A stretch of DNA of 64,000 nucleotides from Octopus sinensis (Eukaryota), in assembly GCF_006345805.1 (NCBI RefSeq), contig NC_043008.1, positions 26,040,001 through 26,104,000 of the forward strand, given 5' to 3'. A program made the position numbers and the translations under genes. Shown one piece after another: positions 51,444 to 64,000 of this stretch. Position 1 is the first letter of the stretch. Every line of letters starts with the position of its first letter. Below the pieces are notes generated by a model. The model had not been told where the DNA came from and ran no database searches. It saw only the letters and a program-made list of their open reading frames with translations.

Positions 51444-53730
51444 TCAATCTTTCAACCAAACCTCTTTCTAACATAAAAATTGACATCCTCTCAAAAGGGC
51501 TCGAATTTACACCAACTCCACGCAGAGCCAACCTAAATGAAATCAAGGATAATATAACAGAATTTTGCAGAAAATTAAGACTAGCAGAAGCATCAACCAG
51601 TTTCAATACTGAAGATGAATCACTAGCCAAAAACAAAAGTGAACACATCCCCCACAGAGGAAGAAATAAAGATCTTGACGAATTCTGTAACCACATTGAG
51701 AACTTTCCCTACCATACTATACATAAACAGAAAGTTAACTCAAATTTTAACACTACACAATGGAAGGAACTGATAGAACTTCAAAATGATGAAGATATAA
51801 CCATTAAGGAAGCAGACAAGGGAAATGCAGTTGTAATAATGGATACATCATACTATAGAAATTTTGTAATTTCCTTGCTTGATGACAACCAACATTATGA
51901 AAAAATCACCAACTATACCCCACAAAAAATAATGAAAACTCTATCTTCACTAATTAAAACCCATGAAAAGGAACTAACAACCAAAGAGATTGACTTTCTA
52001 ACAAACTTTAAATGCAAACCTAGCCTCTTCGATGGTCTGCCAAAAATTCATAAAAGCCAAATAATAAATGAAACCATTAAAAAATCACCAAAGACATACA
52101 TACACACGCCTAACACGGGGGACCTAAAACTACGACCCATTGTAGCTGGCCCAACCTGTGAAACACACAGACTAAGTCTATTTATGTACATCCTCCTGAA
52201 ACCCTTCCTTAAACATATCGATAGCTATATCAGAGATGACTTAGATATGTTAAACCACCTTCCAAAAAAAGCCAAGGAAGAAACAATCATGGTTTCATTT
52301 GATGTAGTTAACTTATATACCAGTATACCTCATAATTATGGACTAGAGGCAATACAGTTCTGGCTGGACCAATTTCCGGAGGAAATGCCAAAAAGGATCA
52401 GTAAAGAATTCATTACTAAATCAATTGAATTCATCCTACATAATAACCACTTCATGTTTGACAATACATTTTACCGTAAAAAATCCGGAATTGCTATGGG
52501 TACAAGGGCAGCACCAGTCATTGCGAACCTAACAATGGGCTACCTGGAAATAATCATTTACCAGGAATCTTTATCAATCTTTGGAAACCCCCTCTCTCAA
52601 TACATAAAAGAGAATTGGAAACGATTCCTGGACGATTGTTTTATACTCTGGAATGAAAACACAGATAAACTCCTAAAATTTAAAAACCTATTGAACAGCA
52701 TAAACCCAGATATACAGTTCACAATGGAATACAACCAAAAGGAGCTCCCATTCTTGGATATACTAATTAAAAAAATTAACCTTAAAATAGAAACAGACAT
52801 TTTTTACAAAGCCACAGACGCCAAACAATACCTTCTTTTTAATTCATGCCACCCAAGACACACTAAAACAAACATCCCCTTCAACCTTGCAAGAAGGATA
52901 TGCACAATAGTGTCAGAACAAAATACCAGGAACTTTATACTGCAAGAACTCAAAAACACCCTAATTGACAGACATTACCCAGCTCAACTCATAGAGGATG
53001 TGATCAGACGTGCAACAGAAATCAACATAGAAACTTTAAGAAAAGTTCAACGCAACAACACACCTTCCCCGAAAATACTACCTTACATATCCACATACAA
53101 CCCCAGAAACAAAGAAGCCTTCACCATCATCACCCAGAATTTACCAATACTTCATAAGGAGCCCAAATTAAAGGAAATTCTAAACATACACCAAATCATT
53201 AAAAGCTACAAACAACCTAAATCACTTAAAAAGATTCTCACAAAGGCAAAATTGTTTTCTGAAATTACGGATGCAAAAGTAAAAAATGTGGTAGACCGAA
53301 CTGTGCAACATGTCCAAACCGGCTAGAAGGATCAGAATTTCTCTTCAAAGAGGGACAGAAATTCAAGATCAAATCTAATTTTACTTGTGCCTCTGAAAAC
53401 ATAATTTACGTCATAAAATTCCCGGGCTGCCACCAAGACTACCTGGGGTCAACGGGACTATCACTCAGACGTAGATGCACACTGCATCGACAACAGATTG
53501 CATTCCCAGAATACAGAATGATACCCTTTAGTGAGCACATTGAGAAATGCGCAAAGCAACTACTACCACAATTTCTAATCTTTCCATTTTACCAATGTGC
53601 TATCGGAACACCAACACAAATTAGACTAAACAAGGAAACATTCTTCATTGAAAAATACAAGCCCAAACTTAACCATTCCAACATACTTTTACAGAGAAAT
53701 TCACTCCAAAAGAAAGGCAAAAAATTTTAA
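51389..53730 (+). CDS. Penelope RT-GIY-YIG polyprotein (one frameshift in the A-run at 53281-53286)
   Basis: Frame open from 51389: IINLSTK..SKGLEFTPTP, KEADKGNAVVIMD, GLPKIHK, LRPIV, SFDVVNLYTSIP, GIAMGT, RFLDD, LPFLD. After a one-base shift: CGRPNCATC, FTCASENIIYVIK..DYLGST..RCTLH. Confidence 0.9.
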
Positions 53731-53839
53731 GCGATTATCTCCCTTACACCGGAAGAAATCACTTATTACCTCCCCTTATCTGGAACTCTTCTCAACATAA
53801 ACATAACGATAACTCTTCTCAACGTAAACATAACGATGT

Positions 53840-53879
53840 AAGAAATTTGAAAAGCTGAATGCGAAACCGGTCATTTCTT
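53840..53879 (+). ncRNA. Minimal type I hammerhead with a U3-A8 variant core (UUGAAAA)
   Basis: AAGAAAT TTGAAAA GC-TGAAT-GC GAAA CCGG TC ATTTCTT: 7-bp stem I, 2-bp stem II, palindromic ACCGGT stem III, GUC cleavage triplet. Confidence 0.65.
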
Positions 53880-54041
53880 CTAAATTATGTCATTGTAAGA
53901 AAAAAATTTATAACATTCTTCAGACATATTGACTCAAATATATATTTTTTAACCTTTTAAAACAAGCCTTCCGTAGTTTTTTCACCTTTTACTATTTTCT
54001 ATAAATTCAACCACGTGCTTTCACAAACCAACTTTCTCATC

Positions 54042-54072
<31 letters not shown>

Positions 54073-54869
54073 TCCGTAACTCTGGATTCACAAATTTGGG
54101 TTTCACCAAAATTGGCCTTACACAAACCTGGCCTCACAAATTTGGTTTTCAAAAAATATGGATTCCGAAAATTTCGATTTCATAAAATCTGGATTTCCAT
54201 TTTAGTACAAATTCGGTTTTTGAACCTTGGATTTCAAACTTTGGATATTGAACCATGGATTTTGAACCTTGGATTTCAAACTGATTATTTTTAACCTTCG
54301 ACCCAGATGTGACACAGAAATTATTCTAAAACTGACAAGCAAAAAGTTTTGGGGAATTCCTGGAGCATAAAATAATTTCATAAATGCCTAACCCAAAGCA
54401 CGAAGTGCATAAACTAAACAGGCAATCTTAGCTTCCAGAATCCAATTGAACCTTGTCTCACAGAAAAAACTGTCACAAAAAAACTGGGTGTACAATTATC
54501 TCTGCTCATAAAGGTTTGCCAAGGTCTAGCCAACTTGTTATAGTTTCACAGTTTTGGCTAATAACACCTAGCTTCCCCCATTTTGACAATGGACTTCATC
54601 CTGACCTTACAGTGCAGCATGAAAAACTGTTTACCTGATTAACTTAACATTATAATTTATAATTTCCTAACAGTAGGTATTTTCTTTTTCACTGAACTTT
54701 AACTTTGTTAAGATCCACTGGGCAGCTGATTTCCTCAACAGTATCCGATATCTCTTCTCTATACCAAATTACAGTGTCAGGTCTATTATGATTAGATCTT
54801 ATTGCGGTTTTCTCTGGGACATTCTACCAGCACTCCTCTTTATTATGAGTATGTATGTTTATATGTATG

Positions 54870-55754
54870 TAAGAGGGAGGACCCAAAAGAAACTGGTATT
54901 TTGATATGTTATTTTATTTACTTAGTTTTACATGGTTATACTTTTATTACTTTCAAAGTATTCTCCTTTTGAATCAATGCATCAGTTCAAATGCATTTTC
55001 CACTGTTCAAAGCAATCCTGGAACTCTTGTGAAGTGATGACTTTTAATGCCTCTGAAGTTCTTTTCTTCACCTCTTCAGCATTTGCAAATTCCATAGCAT
55101 CAGCTTTCATCACCAGTGATGACCTTCGAAAAAAGGCCTGGATCAACTTCCAGTTCTTTCAGTTCACGACACTCATCCAATCATGACTACTTTTGACCTT
55201 TGAGCAAGCAAGGCACAAATTTTGCTGCAACTCTTTTCATTTGCAATTCCTCACTCAAAATTCGTTGGCAGGAGCTCCAGGACACACCAATCATATCAAC
55301 AAGTTCATCAATTGTTCAGTGACTGTTCTCCAAGATCAGGTCATGAATTTTCATGCTGTTTTCATTTGTCCAGGAGGTTGATGTTTACTCTGAATGAGGT
55401 TGGTCTTCAAGCAACAAGTGACCATTCCTAAAGCATGAAGATCCCTTGTAAACTTGTATTTTGTTCATGGCAGTGTTATTGGAAGCTGTTCGAAGTATGA
55501 CAACTATTTCAGCTGCTGTTTTCCCCAGCAGAATTTCATGCTGTTCTGTCATTTCAACCATTCAAAAATCGACGAAGAGGTGTAGAAGCACTGCAAAACA
55601 AAGGTGCACCCTGTGGCAGTACAACCTCACATGATGCCTATCGGCAGGCTTATGCCTGAGGGTCACATCAAGTGGCTTTTAGTGGCAGAAGCCTAAACTA
55701 CAATTGGCTTGTCCCACAGAGAACATTTCTGGTTACTTTTGGGTACCTCCTCAT
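54870..55754 (-). mobile_element. Internally deleted mariner element
   Basis: Imperfect TIRs (GAGGGAGGACCCAAAAGAAACTGG / GGTTACTTTTGGGTACCTCCTC); minus strand encodes GKTAAEIV..TIDELVDMIGVSWSSCQRIL..KRVAAKFVP. Confidence 0.8.
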
Positions 55755-55879
55755 ATTTATGTATGTATGCATGTATGTTCATGTGTGTTTGTGTTTGATT
55801 GCACCTTTGTTTAGCCATCATGTGATGATTATAGATGAGTATCATCATACAAGCAAAGTTATTCAGTTCCAGAATTCTG

Positions 55880-56450
55880 GGAAAAACATGGCTGGCCATG
55901 AGAAACAGGTGAGGTTGACAACAGGAATGACATCTGGCTGTAGAAAATCTGCCTCAATAAATTCTGCAGAACACAAACATGGAAAAGTGAGTGTTAAAAC
56001 ACTCATTCTGGCTGCCGCTCTATCTCTTTCTTTCTAACTCTCTCACACCTGCCTCCCCTTTCTCTGTCCCTTTATTATACTCTAATCGCTCTGTTCAACT
56101 TTGTCACTCAGTTGAGAGGTCCTTGTTTTATGAGCTTGCAGGTGCTGGTGTCACATATAAAGCATCTATATTGGTGCCATGTATAAAAGCATCTTTGCTG
56201 ATGTCACATATAAAGCACTGGTGTAGGTGTCATGTAAAAAGCACCCAGTACACTCTGTAAAGTAGGTGGCATCAAGAAGGGAATCTAGGCATAGAAACTA
56301 TACCAAGACAGACAATTGGAGCATGGTGTTGCTCTCTAGCTTTTCAAACTGTCTTGTCAAACTGTCTAACTTATGCTTTTGTCAAACTGTCTAACTTATG
56401 CCAGCACAGAAAATGGACATTAAATGATGATGATGATGATGATGATGATA
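55880..56450 (+). mobile_element. RTE-type 3' tail or RTE-dependent SINE remnants ending in (GAT)n
   Basis: Ends AAATGGACATTAAATGATGATGATG, like the RTE tails elsewhere in the window. Confidence 0.6.
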
Positions 56451-56877
56451 ATATGTATGTCAGTGTGTGTATGTGCGTGTGCATGCATGGTGTTTGTGTA
56501 TATGCATGTGTGTGGTGTGTGTGTGGTGTGTGTGTGTGTGGTGTTTATGTGTGTATTAGTGTGCGTATGAGTGTGTGCATACATGTACAACCTCCTCAGC
56601 AAAACCATGCTCTGGATGCACTATATTTTGACTTCTCCATCCATTACAGTGACTCCTCATGTATTTTGCCTGCCTCTTCCCTATCTCCCTCTCTTGTAAC
56701 CCCCAACCCAGCAATTGTATCATCTTTATGACTCATACTGCTGGCCCTCCTTACTCTTCTACATCTATCTATTTTCCAAGAACTGATTGCTCTTGTCTCA
56801 TCCACCCTTCAACCTACCAATTTTAGAAAACTGCTTCCCAACCCCTCACTCACCTTCCCATACAAACTTGCAAACTG

Positions 56878-57125
<248 letters not shown>

Positions 57126-57129
57126 GACT

Positions 57130-57990
57130 TGTGTAACTTCAAATCCATCAAGGAATTCTATAGAGGACTAGTGGAGGGGAGGTCCAATGATGTTCTTGGA
57201 GAGAATCTGGGTGTCAACAGGAAATACCTGACCCACATCTTCAGGACTACTCTCAAGCCGGGACCTATGGACAATTCCTAGAGATCTGTGACCTGGTAGT
57301 GCTATCGAGAAGCATTGCCAATTCGAGAAACACTCAACCAACCTGCCTAAGATGCGGTCAGAATGACAAAACAATTCTGCACTCATTCATGCAGTGTCCA
57401 CATATTTCAGAGCCATGGACCTATGTTGAATGGCTACTGTTGCATGTGGGACGAATCCGTTTGTCAGCTGAGTCTATTGTGAATATTGTTCTGCCACCTT
57501 CCTTTAACTGGGAAAACAAGACAGTTTTCATCATACTGTGGCTATACTATGGTGAAAGAATGTGTGTGGTGGACTCATTTGAAAGGTTTAGAGACAAATA
57601 CTTTCCTCTCTGGCCAATCCCTCATCAACTTTTACAAGTATCACTTGAAAAGGAAGGTAAGAGTTGAGAGGGAAGTTTTATCTAATGAAAGATTTAAAAA
57701 AGGTGTGTGAATGTTGCAAAAATTGAGCATTAACCTGTAAAACAAACAAAGCGAGAGAGAACACTTTGCTCTCATAGATTTTTCCTTTTGCCAAGGTTAC
57801 CATGGTTATTGTTCATAGGTTTTTCTTTCTCCCTTTTGGGGAATTCAAATTGTTAAAAAATGTCACCTTGTTATTTATTTGTGTACACGCCACCTCAAAA
57901 CATCTTTTTCATTCTCCTTTGATCAATTTCAAAAAAGAAAAACTTTACATTGTATTGTCTCCTGTGTTAAGCCCTGTTTGGCTAAATAAA
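57130..57990 (+). mobile_element. L1/Tx1-clade LINE 3' fragment
   Basis: CLRCGQNDKTILHSFMQCP (C-terminal CCHC zinc finger of L1-type ORF2), followed by a 3' UTR with AATAAA. Confidence 0.7.
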
Positions 57991-58159
57991 GAAATCTATG
58001 TATCTATCTATCTACCTACACACACACATGCACACACAAATATATATAAATACATAATATTCTATTATTATGATATTGTAAAATTGTAAAGATTGTAAAA
58101 AAAAAACATGAAAATCTGACTATGTTGGAATTTCATTGATTAATATATTCTTCTATTTA

Positions 58160-58385
58160 GGGTGGCAAGCTGGCAGAATCATTAGCATGCTGGGTGAAAT
58201 GCTTATCGGTATTTTGTCAGCTGTTGCATTTTGAATTCAAATTCCCCCAAGGTCGACTTGGCCTTTCATCCTTTGGGGTCGATTAAATAAGTACTAATTA
58301 CCCACTGGTGTCGATGTAATTGACTTAATCCCATTGTCTGTCCTTGTTTGTCCCCTCTATATTTAGCCCCCTGTGGGCAATAAAG
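58160..58385 (+). mobile_element. SINE family B
   Basis: GAATTCAAATTCC head, GTCGACTTGGCCTTTCATCCTTTGGGGTCGATTAAATAAGTAC core. Confidence 0.8.
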
Positions 58386-58433
58386 AAATACATTCTTCTA
58401 TACACAAACATACAAACTTGGATATCTTTCTAT

Positions 58434-58493
<60 letters not shown>

Positions 58494-58659
58494 ATGCATA
58501 CATATAAATACATGCAATACATACACACATACAATACACACACATCTCACTTTCCTCTCACGTGTTTACAATCTTTAACTCTATCCCTCATCTTATTATC
58601 ACTCATCTCTCTAACATTCTCCTTCCTACTGCATCATTATTCTGCTGCTGTAAGTAATG

Positions 58660-59450
58660 GAAGTTGAACCTGTTGCTACTTATTGCAATTTCTGCACTGC
58701 CAGTTACCAGTCACTTTCCCCTAAGCTCTTCTCAATTGAAATCCATCCCACTTTTTTATCATCATCGTCCTCTCATACTTACTAAACTTATCTTTGTTTA
58801 CCATTAGTTATCTTCATCCCTTATATACATTTGACCACCTTCATTACATGTTTTTATCTATCTCACACTCATCCCACACTTTTGCAACCATACTCATGCT
58901 CTCTGTGTCCTCTGTATCTATGATATCTTCTATTCACCTTCCTGGATATGTAACCTCGAGATTACCTTTTTACCTCTCTTTCAGGCACTAGCTATTCCCA
59001 ACCAACCATGTAAAATGCAAGGTGGCTATCAATCTTTTCCCACAATGAGAGACCTATTCCTATTCCTTAATTCACCCTTTAGCACCTCAACAACTTTCAT
59101 ATAGTGATCACCTATCTCCTGTCCTTCCCCACATTTGTAGAAGTTCTATAATCTTGAAAGTTACGAACTGACCTCCCTAGCATTGATTTCATAGAAAAAG
59201 TTCTCATTACAACCTGTAAAGTGGTTGGCACTACAAAGAGAATCCAGCCATCCAGCAATAAAAACAATGTTAAAACTGAGTCACTAGAGCAGGGTGCAGT
59301 TTTCTGACACACTGGATCCTGTCAAAATATCCAAACCATGCAAGTATAGAAAACAGATTGTAAAATTGTAAAATAATGATGGTGATGAAAATTATATATC
59401 CCATGCTAGCATGGAAAACGGACGCTAAATGATGATGATGATGATTTATA
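58660..59450. mobile_element. Old RTE remnants (minus-strand coding relic plus plus-strand (GAT)n tails)
   Basis: CATGCTAGCATGGAAAACGGACGCTAAATGATGATG at ~59400-59445 matches RTE 3' ends; the upstream part is only weakly similar. Confidence 0.45.
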
Positions 59451-59500
59451 TTTATATTTATATCTATACATACATACTATACCTACATACATAGATACAA

Positions 59501-59557
<57 letters not shown>

Positions 59558-62251
59558 GAGGCATGCACAAATGTTTCACTCCCATTTCATAGTTGAGTGG
59601 TCAGCATTTGAATTAGATAAGGCAGTCAACCATAAAATTATTTTGTTGGAACAGAAACCATCCCACTTCTGCTAATAAGGTAAAATAGTGATGAAATAGA
59701 AAACTAGAAATCAGTCAGCAGTTAACTCAATTATCTCTTTTTCTAAGAAAATCACCCTTCAGACTTGTCAGAGGAAATTATTTGCATTATAGATATACAA
59801 TTTAAAGTAAATATAATATTGGATTATAGAGCATGGATCTTAGGTTTGGATTGAGGTGCAAATATCATGTTGCCTTCAAGCTTTAGATTATGTGTTGAAT
59901 TGTTACTCTGATACAGAATAATTTTAGTAATCTTATTACAAAATTCTCCAATTCTCCATCCCAATATCCTGCCTGTTGATTCTAGTAATTTAATCTGAAA
60001 TGCTTCATTGAATATGTTATGTTATGAAAAAGGTAACTCTAATTGTTATTTTCTCTGTGTCTGGTGATGCTCTTTGTTGAGTTTATTACTATTTGTAGCA
60101 TTTTTATACAGTTTCATTAGACCAGAAGTTTCTGTCTGTTTTTGTTTGTATGTTGTCTGTTTGTGGGTAATGAAATATCATAAAAAATCCTTTTTATTTT
60201 ATAATTACTTTTATTATGGTAAACCAAGCTAATGAATTTAGTTTATAATCTTTAATTGCTTATTGATTTGAAAGGTAAACATTAGAATTTCCTTTACATT
60301 GCAGTTTGTTATACGACTTTTAAAAGTGAAGAATTCTTAAGATGGTTTCTAAGAAATAGGGCATGGAAATGGTAATTCAATATTTTTTTTATGAATTAAA
60401 ATAAGAGGTAAGTAGTATAGTTAAAAAATTGCATATTTTTCCTTATTGCCTTTATTTGTTAAGCAGTATTCAATATCAGTCATATTTTGTTCCCAGTTCC
60501 ATAGAATTATATTAAAAAACAATGAATATGCAGACATAAATATATGACAGAAATGTATCAAAGGAACTTGGCAGTTTATTATTTTAACCAACAGAAGAGT
60601 TTTAATAAATAATTCTCTAAACTAAGGAGAGAAAAACATCATCGTTGTCTATTTTTGTTTCACTAGAAAATGTTGAGCATCCATCCTATATATAGTATTT
60701 CTTCAGTAATACTGCTTCGCATGTAGACTCATGGTGTAAGTTCCCTTAGCTGAATAACATTTATATTAATTATAAATATTATTCACTGAATCAACTGTAA
60801 AAAATTGTTTTTTCATGACATAGAGTTTATTGAAAATGAGCACAACCAGTTGCAAGTCATAGCTGAAGGTCTATTCTAAGAGGGAACGATCAGTAAAAGA
60901 CTAAGAGCATCTGGTTGTGTAAATTAATATGAAATATGGAACCAAAATAAAAAGCAATATAGCTACAGTTAAATTGATTGATTGCGTTTTAGGGGATAAA
61001 GAAGCAATGCTTAAAAAATATGAAGTGTCTATGTTAGATTGTTTCCATGATTTATTTAGAGAAAACTTTCCCTCCCATCGACTGTGGATATTCTGCTTCA
61101 TATATTTCTGTAGCATCCATTAAGGATATAGAATAACAACAGAACAAAATATTTTTATTATTTTTCCATCTATCAAGTTTTAACTTATTTGATATATTTT
61201 AGTTTCTGTAAATGAGCTGAATCCAAAACCATAATTAAACAGACACAATTGATGACTAACAGCTGTATACACTTTGGCATAAAAGATGAAGTTATTAACC
61301 ATAATAATTCATTAGTATTTAGGTTGTAGTTCCATAGCTATGCGTTATTTCTCTGTGAAGTCACTTTATAAATAAAATATCATTTTACTGATAACTGTAA
61401 TAATTCACCATATCCAATGATGCATCTTATCACATATGATAAACCTGATGAATCTGCATTATTATTTTTCCCTGTGGAAACATATGAAAATGTTTTGCTT
61501 TTGAGGTTTAGCCAAAAACATTGGTGAGCAGAATATGCAATAAATTTACAAAGAAATAAATAACAAGAAAATGACATATCAATATTTGGATCGCAGTATT
61601 TTAAGGATGCTATACCTTTTCCTACTTCATCATTGTTGTTTTTTGACTTCATCAGTGTTATAGTAACATTTAATTCTAATATAGTTATTGATTTCTATCT
61701 TATGAAAAATGTCTTGCTTCCTGAAGAGTAGAAGTAAGTTCAGTCAAAATATCTGGCCTCACTTGATACTTATTAATTCCTGATGATATTTGAAATAATA
61801 AAAAAACTTGGTGTATCAAATTAAATATTGTCAACTATCTTAGTCGAGTAGTTCACTGTTTGCATCACTTCCACCACCTGGTGACCAAAATTAGTAGCAA
61901 TTATATTATAATGTCAGTAGCTGCTCTCAGAATCAATTTAATGGCTGTAAATTTTTATATGTGATCAATTGAAGCTAGCCAGCTTTAATCAAAGAAGTGT
62001 GTATTATCTTCAGATGTCTGTGAACCTGTGAACCTCACCATATGATGAAACTTATATACTCACGTTTTTCATTGTTGCAAATACATTTAAAAAAAAAAAA
62101 GAAGGAATAATATTGCATGCACACAAAATTATTTATTCATGTATTTTCTTCTTTAAACATCTGAGAAATAACAAGCAACAGCTTGTCATATTGAGGAGAT
62201 GTAGCTTTAATTTAGAACACACTTATATATTACTGGGTATGACAACCAAAT

Positions 62252-64000
62252 ATGGATAGAAGAAATATCTTTATAAAATAATCAACCTATAAATTAAATA
62301 AGAGTTTACCAACAGATGGTGTAAGAATAAATCACATGTGGTAGAATAATATCAGTAAAGTATTAAATGTCAGTGATATTTCTATGCTTCTAAAATACTG
62401 CTACATTCTATAATACTTTTCTGACAGCTGAGTGGAAACTACTTTCAAAGTTTGCAATTACAGGATTATGAAATTGTTCTTAAAGTGCTACAAGAAATTT
62501 GTAAATATGAAGTGCAAAGAATGATAAAGAAAGAATTTCAAACAGTTCCACCTATGCAGTTTAATTTCACTCAATGTAGAGATATGTTTGAATCAGAAGC
62601 ATTTTTTAGAATGTCCATAAGAAACATTCCAGAAGACTTGAGACATCAATGAGCCCCATAAAGCAAGGAAGGGTACAATAAACATATTGCTAGAGTTCAA
62701 GACAATTTGTGCAGCGAGCAAGTCATGAGATAGGAATCTCAAAATCAAGCATCCATTGCATTTTGAAATGTTGCCATTGGAAAAGTTACATACCAAAAAT
62801 AGTCAGGTTCTCAATGAAGACGAACTGGACCAACATGTGGTTTGTAACTGGCAATTAGCAAGCTGTGTAGAAGATGCAACACATTGAAACGGCTCAATTA
62901 ACCACTGAATTGTACCTGATGGGGACATGAGACACCTAGGCATGGAAGCTAAATCCAGAATAAAATAAATAAAAACCTACCACCTTCGTTATTATTAGAA
63001 GTGAGATGTTTAAGATATGTACAACTGAAGAAATTATAATAGTCCATGTATAATTTCCAACTTTACAAGATTGCATTATAAATAATTTCTAACTTTATTG
63101 CATAGGATTGCATATAATTTGTAATTAATGTAGTTTTGGTGGCAGCAAAGAGATCATTTATTACCTGTAGTACTCTGTTTGATACTGATAAAAGAGGTTT
63201 ATCGTTTTCCATGTTGCATTTATATCTGCTTTTTCCATACTGGCATGAATCAGATGAGATTACTTGAAATAATATTTTGCATCTGCATACCCTACCTCTC
63301 ACCAAATACTTATTGTTTCACATTGAACCATTGTTGCATGTTGGTCATTTTGTTTGTGTCAATGCAAAGTCACTCCAAGACTAACACACACAAACACACA
63401 CACACACACACCCATGGAGTTACTGTCAACTACTCACAAAGCTACAATGATAGAGATTTGCCCAATGAGCTACACTGAGATAAAGCCATTGTAAAGTAAA
63501 CATCTTACCCACTCAGCTTTCCCTGTCACACTCCTCACTCATATTTGCAACATTTAAGAACAGTAACGCAATTCTCTTACATTTTTAGAGTTCTTAGTTG
63601 TGGTTGAAATCTCTTTCTTTAACACAGCTATAAGTTTTTTTTTAAGTGATCTAAGTTTTGGGAGCAGATTCTTTCATTTGTGAATATTATATATCTACGA
63701 AGTACTATACTGTCAATAAAAGTCTTTATTGTTGGAACAGAGGAGAAAACTATAATTCTTTTATTCTTTCACTGATTTCAGTAACTGGATTGGGGTTATA
63801 CTGGGGGACTACATCCAAGGATGTTCAGTAAATCAGATTATCAGATTAACCTATGAAATTATTTCAGCCTGATACACAGTTTAACAATCCCCATAGGGCA
63901 GCTGAGTAACTGTTGCCATAAAGTTGCATAACAATGTTTTACACTAGTAAACGTAAATGTAAGCATTGACATAAATATATGTAATGAATTTCTATGTAAC
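62252..64000 (+). pseudogene. RTTN: Rotatin-like pseudogene, copy 3 (N-terminal part; continues beyond the window)
   Basis: YKLNKSL..VR (~62288)~RKLGHQL..IR; LF*QL~LFLHL; EIVLKVLQEICKY (~62470)~EEVLNLLSRLVKY; FFRMSIRNIPEDL~FLSKLRSNVEPNL; KIAL*IIS~RLALQSVS; SLSLTQL*V (~63610)~QLSLPQFCV. Confidence 0.7.

Larger units (their letters stand above)
49350..54050 (+). mobile_element. Near-complete Penelope-like retroelement (Neptune-like) with inverted plus tandem pseudo-LTRs
   Basis: 49350-49866 is the reverse complement of ~53485-54003; 49867-50068 is a direct copy of ~53847-54048; ORF1, RT and GIY-YIG lie between; (TA)n on both sides. Confidence 0.95.

Noticed and set aside
50366-52800. Antisense ORFs within the Penelope element (and similar antisense ORFs over other TEs)
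   Set aside because: Short shadows of the sense coding frames with no recognisable motifs.

Overview
AT-rich, microsatellite- and transposon-dense eukaryotic DNA. The SINE and RTE repeats and the (TA)n/(TATG)n/(TATC)n tracts look like a cephalopod (octopus-like) genome; that assignment is an inference from repeat style. No intact host gene is visible. The main result of manual plus-strand translation is that much of the apparently intronic unique sequence between the transposons is a collinear, heavily decayed match to rotatin (RTTN/Ana3, a centriole-assembly protein), in three head-to-tail copies: copy 1 from before ~1040 to ~30660 (C-terminal two thirds), copy 2 ~31089-62190 (apparently full length), and copy 3 from ~62252 to beyond 64000 (N-terminus). 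The copies have few introns, many stop codons, spacers of only ~0.1-0.4 kb, and many transposon insertions. This identification rests on by-eye alignment to the human RTTN sequence as I recall it, not on a database search. Other contents: a near-complete Neptune-like Penelope retroelement (49350-54050) with inverted and tandem pseudo-LTRs, a variant (U3-A8) minimal hammerhead ribozyme and a candidate UUUUUUA -1 frameshift site; older Penelope fragments and further hammerhead motifs; RTE LINE 3' ends whose UTRs have expanded into nested tandem arrays; a hAT element with a perfect 8-bp TSD; three mariner remnants; an RLE-type (R4/Dong-like) LINE; a Tx1/L1 3' end; Helitron-like and foldback/MITE elements; many tRNA-derived SINEs. 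Boundaries of decayed elements are approximate.
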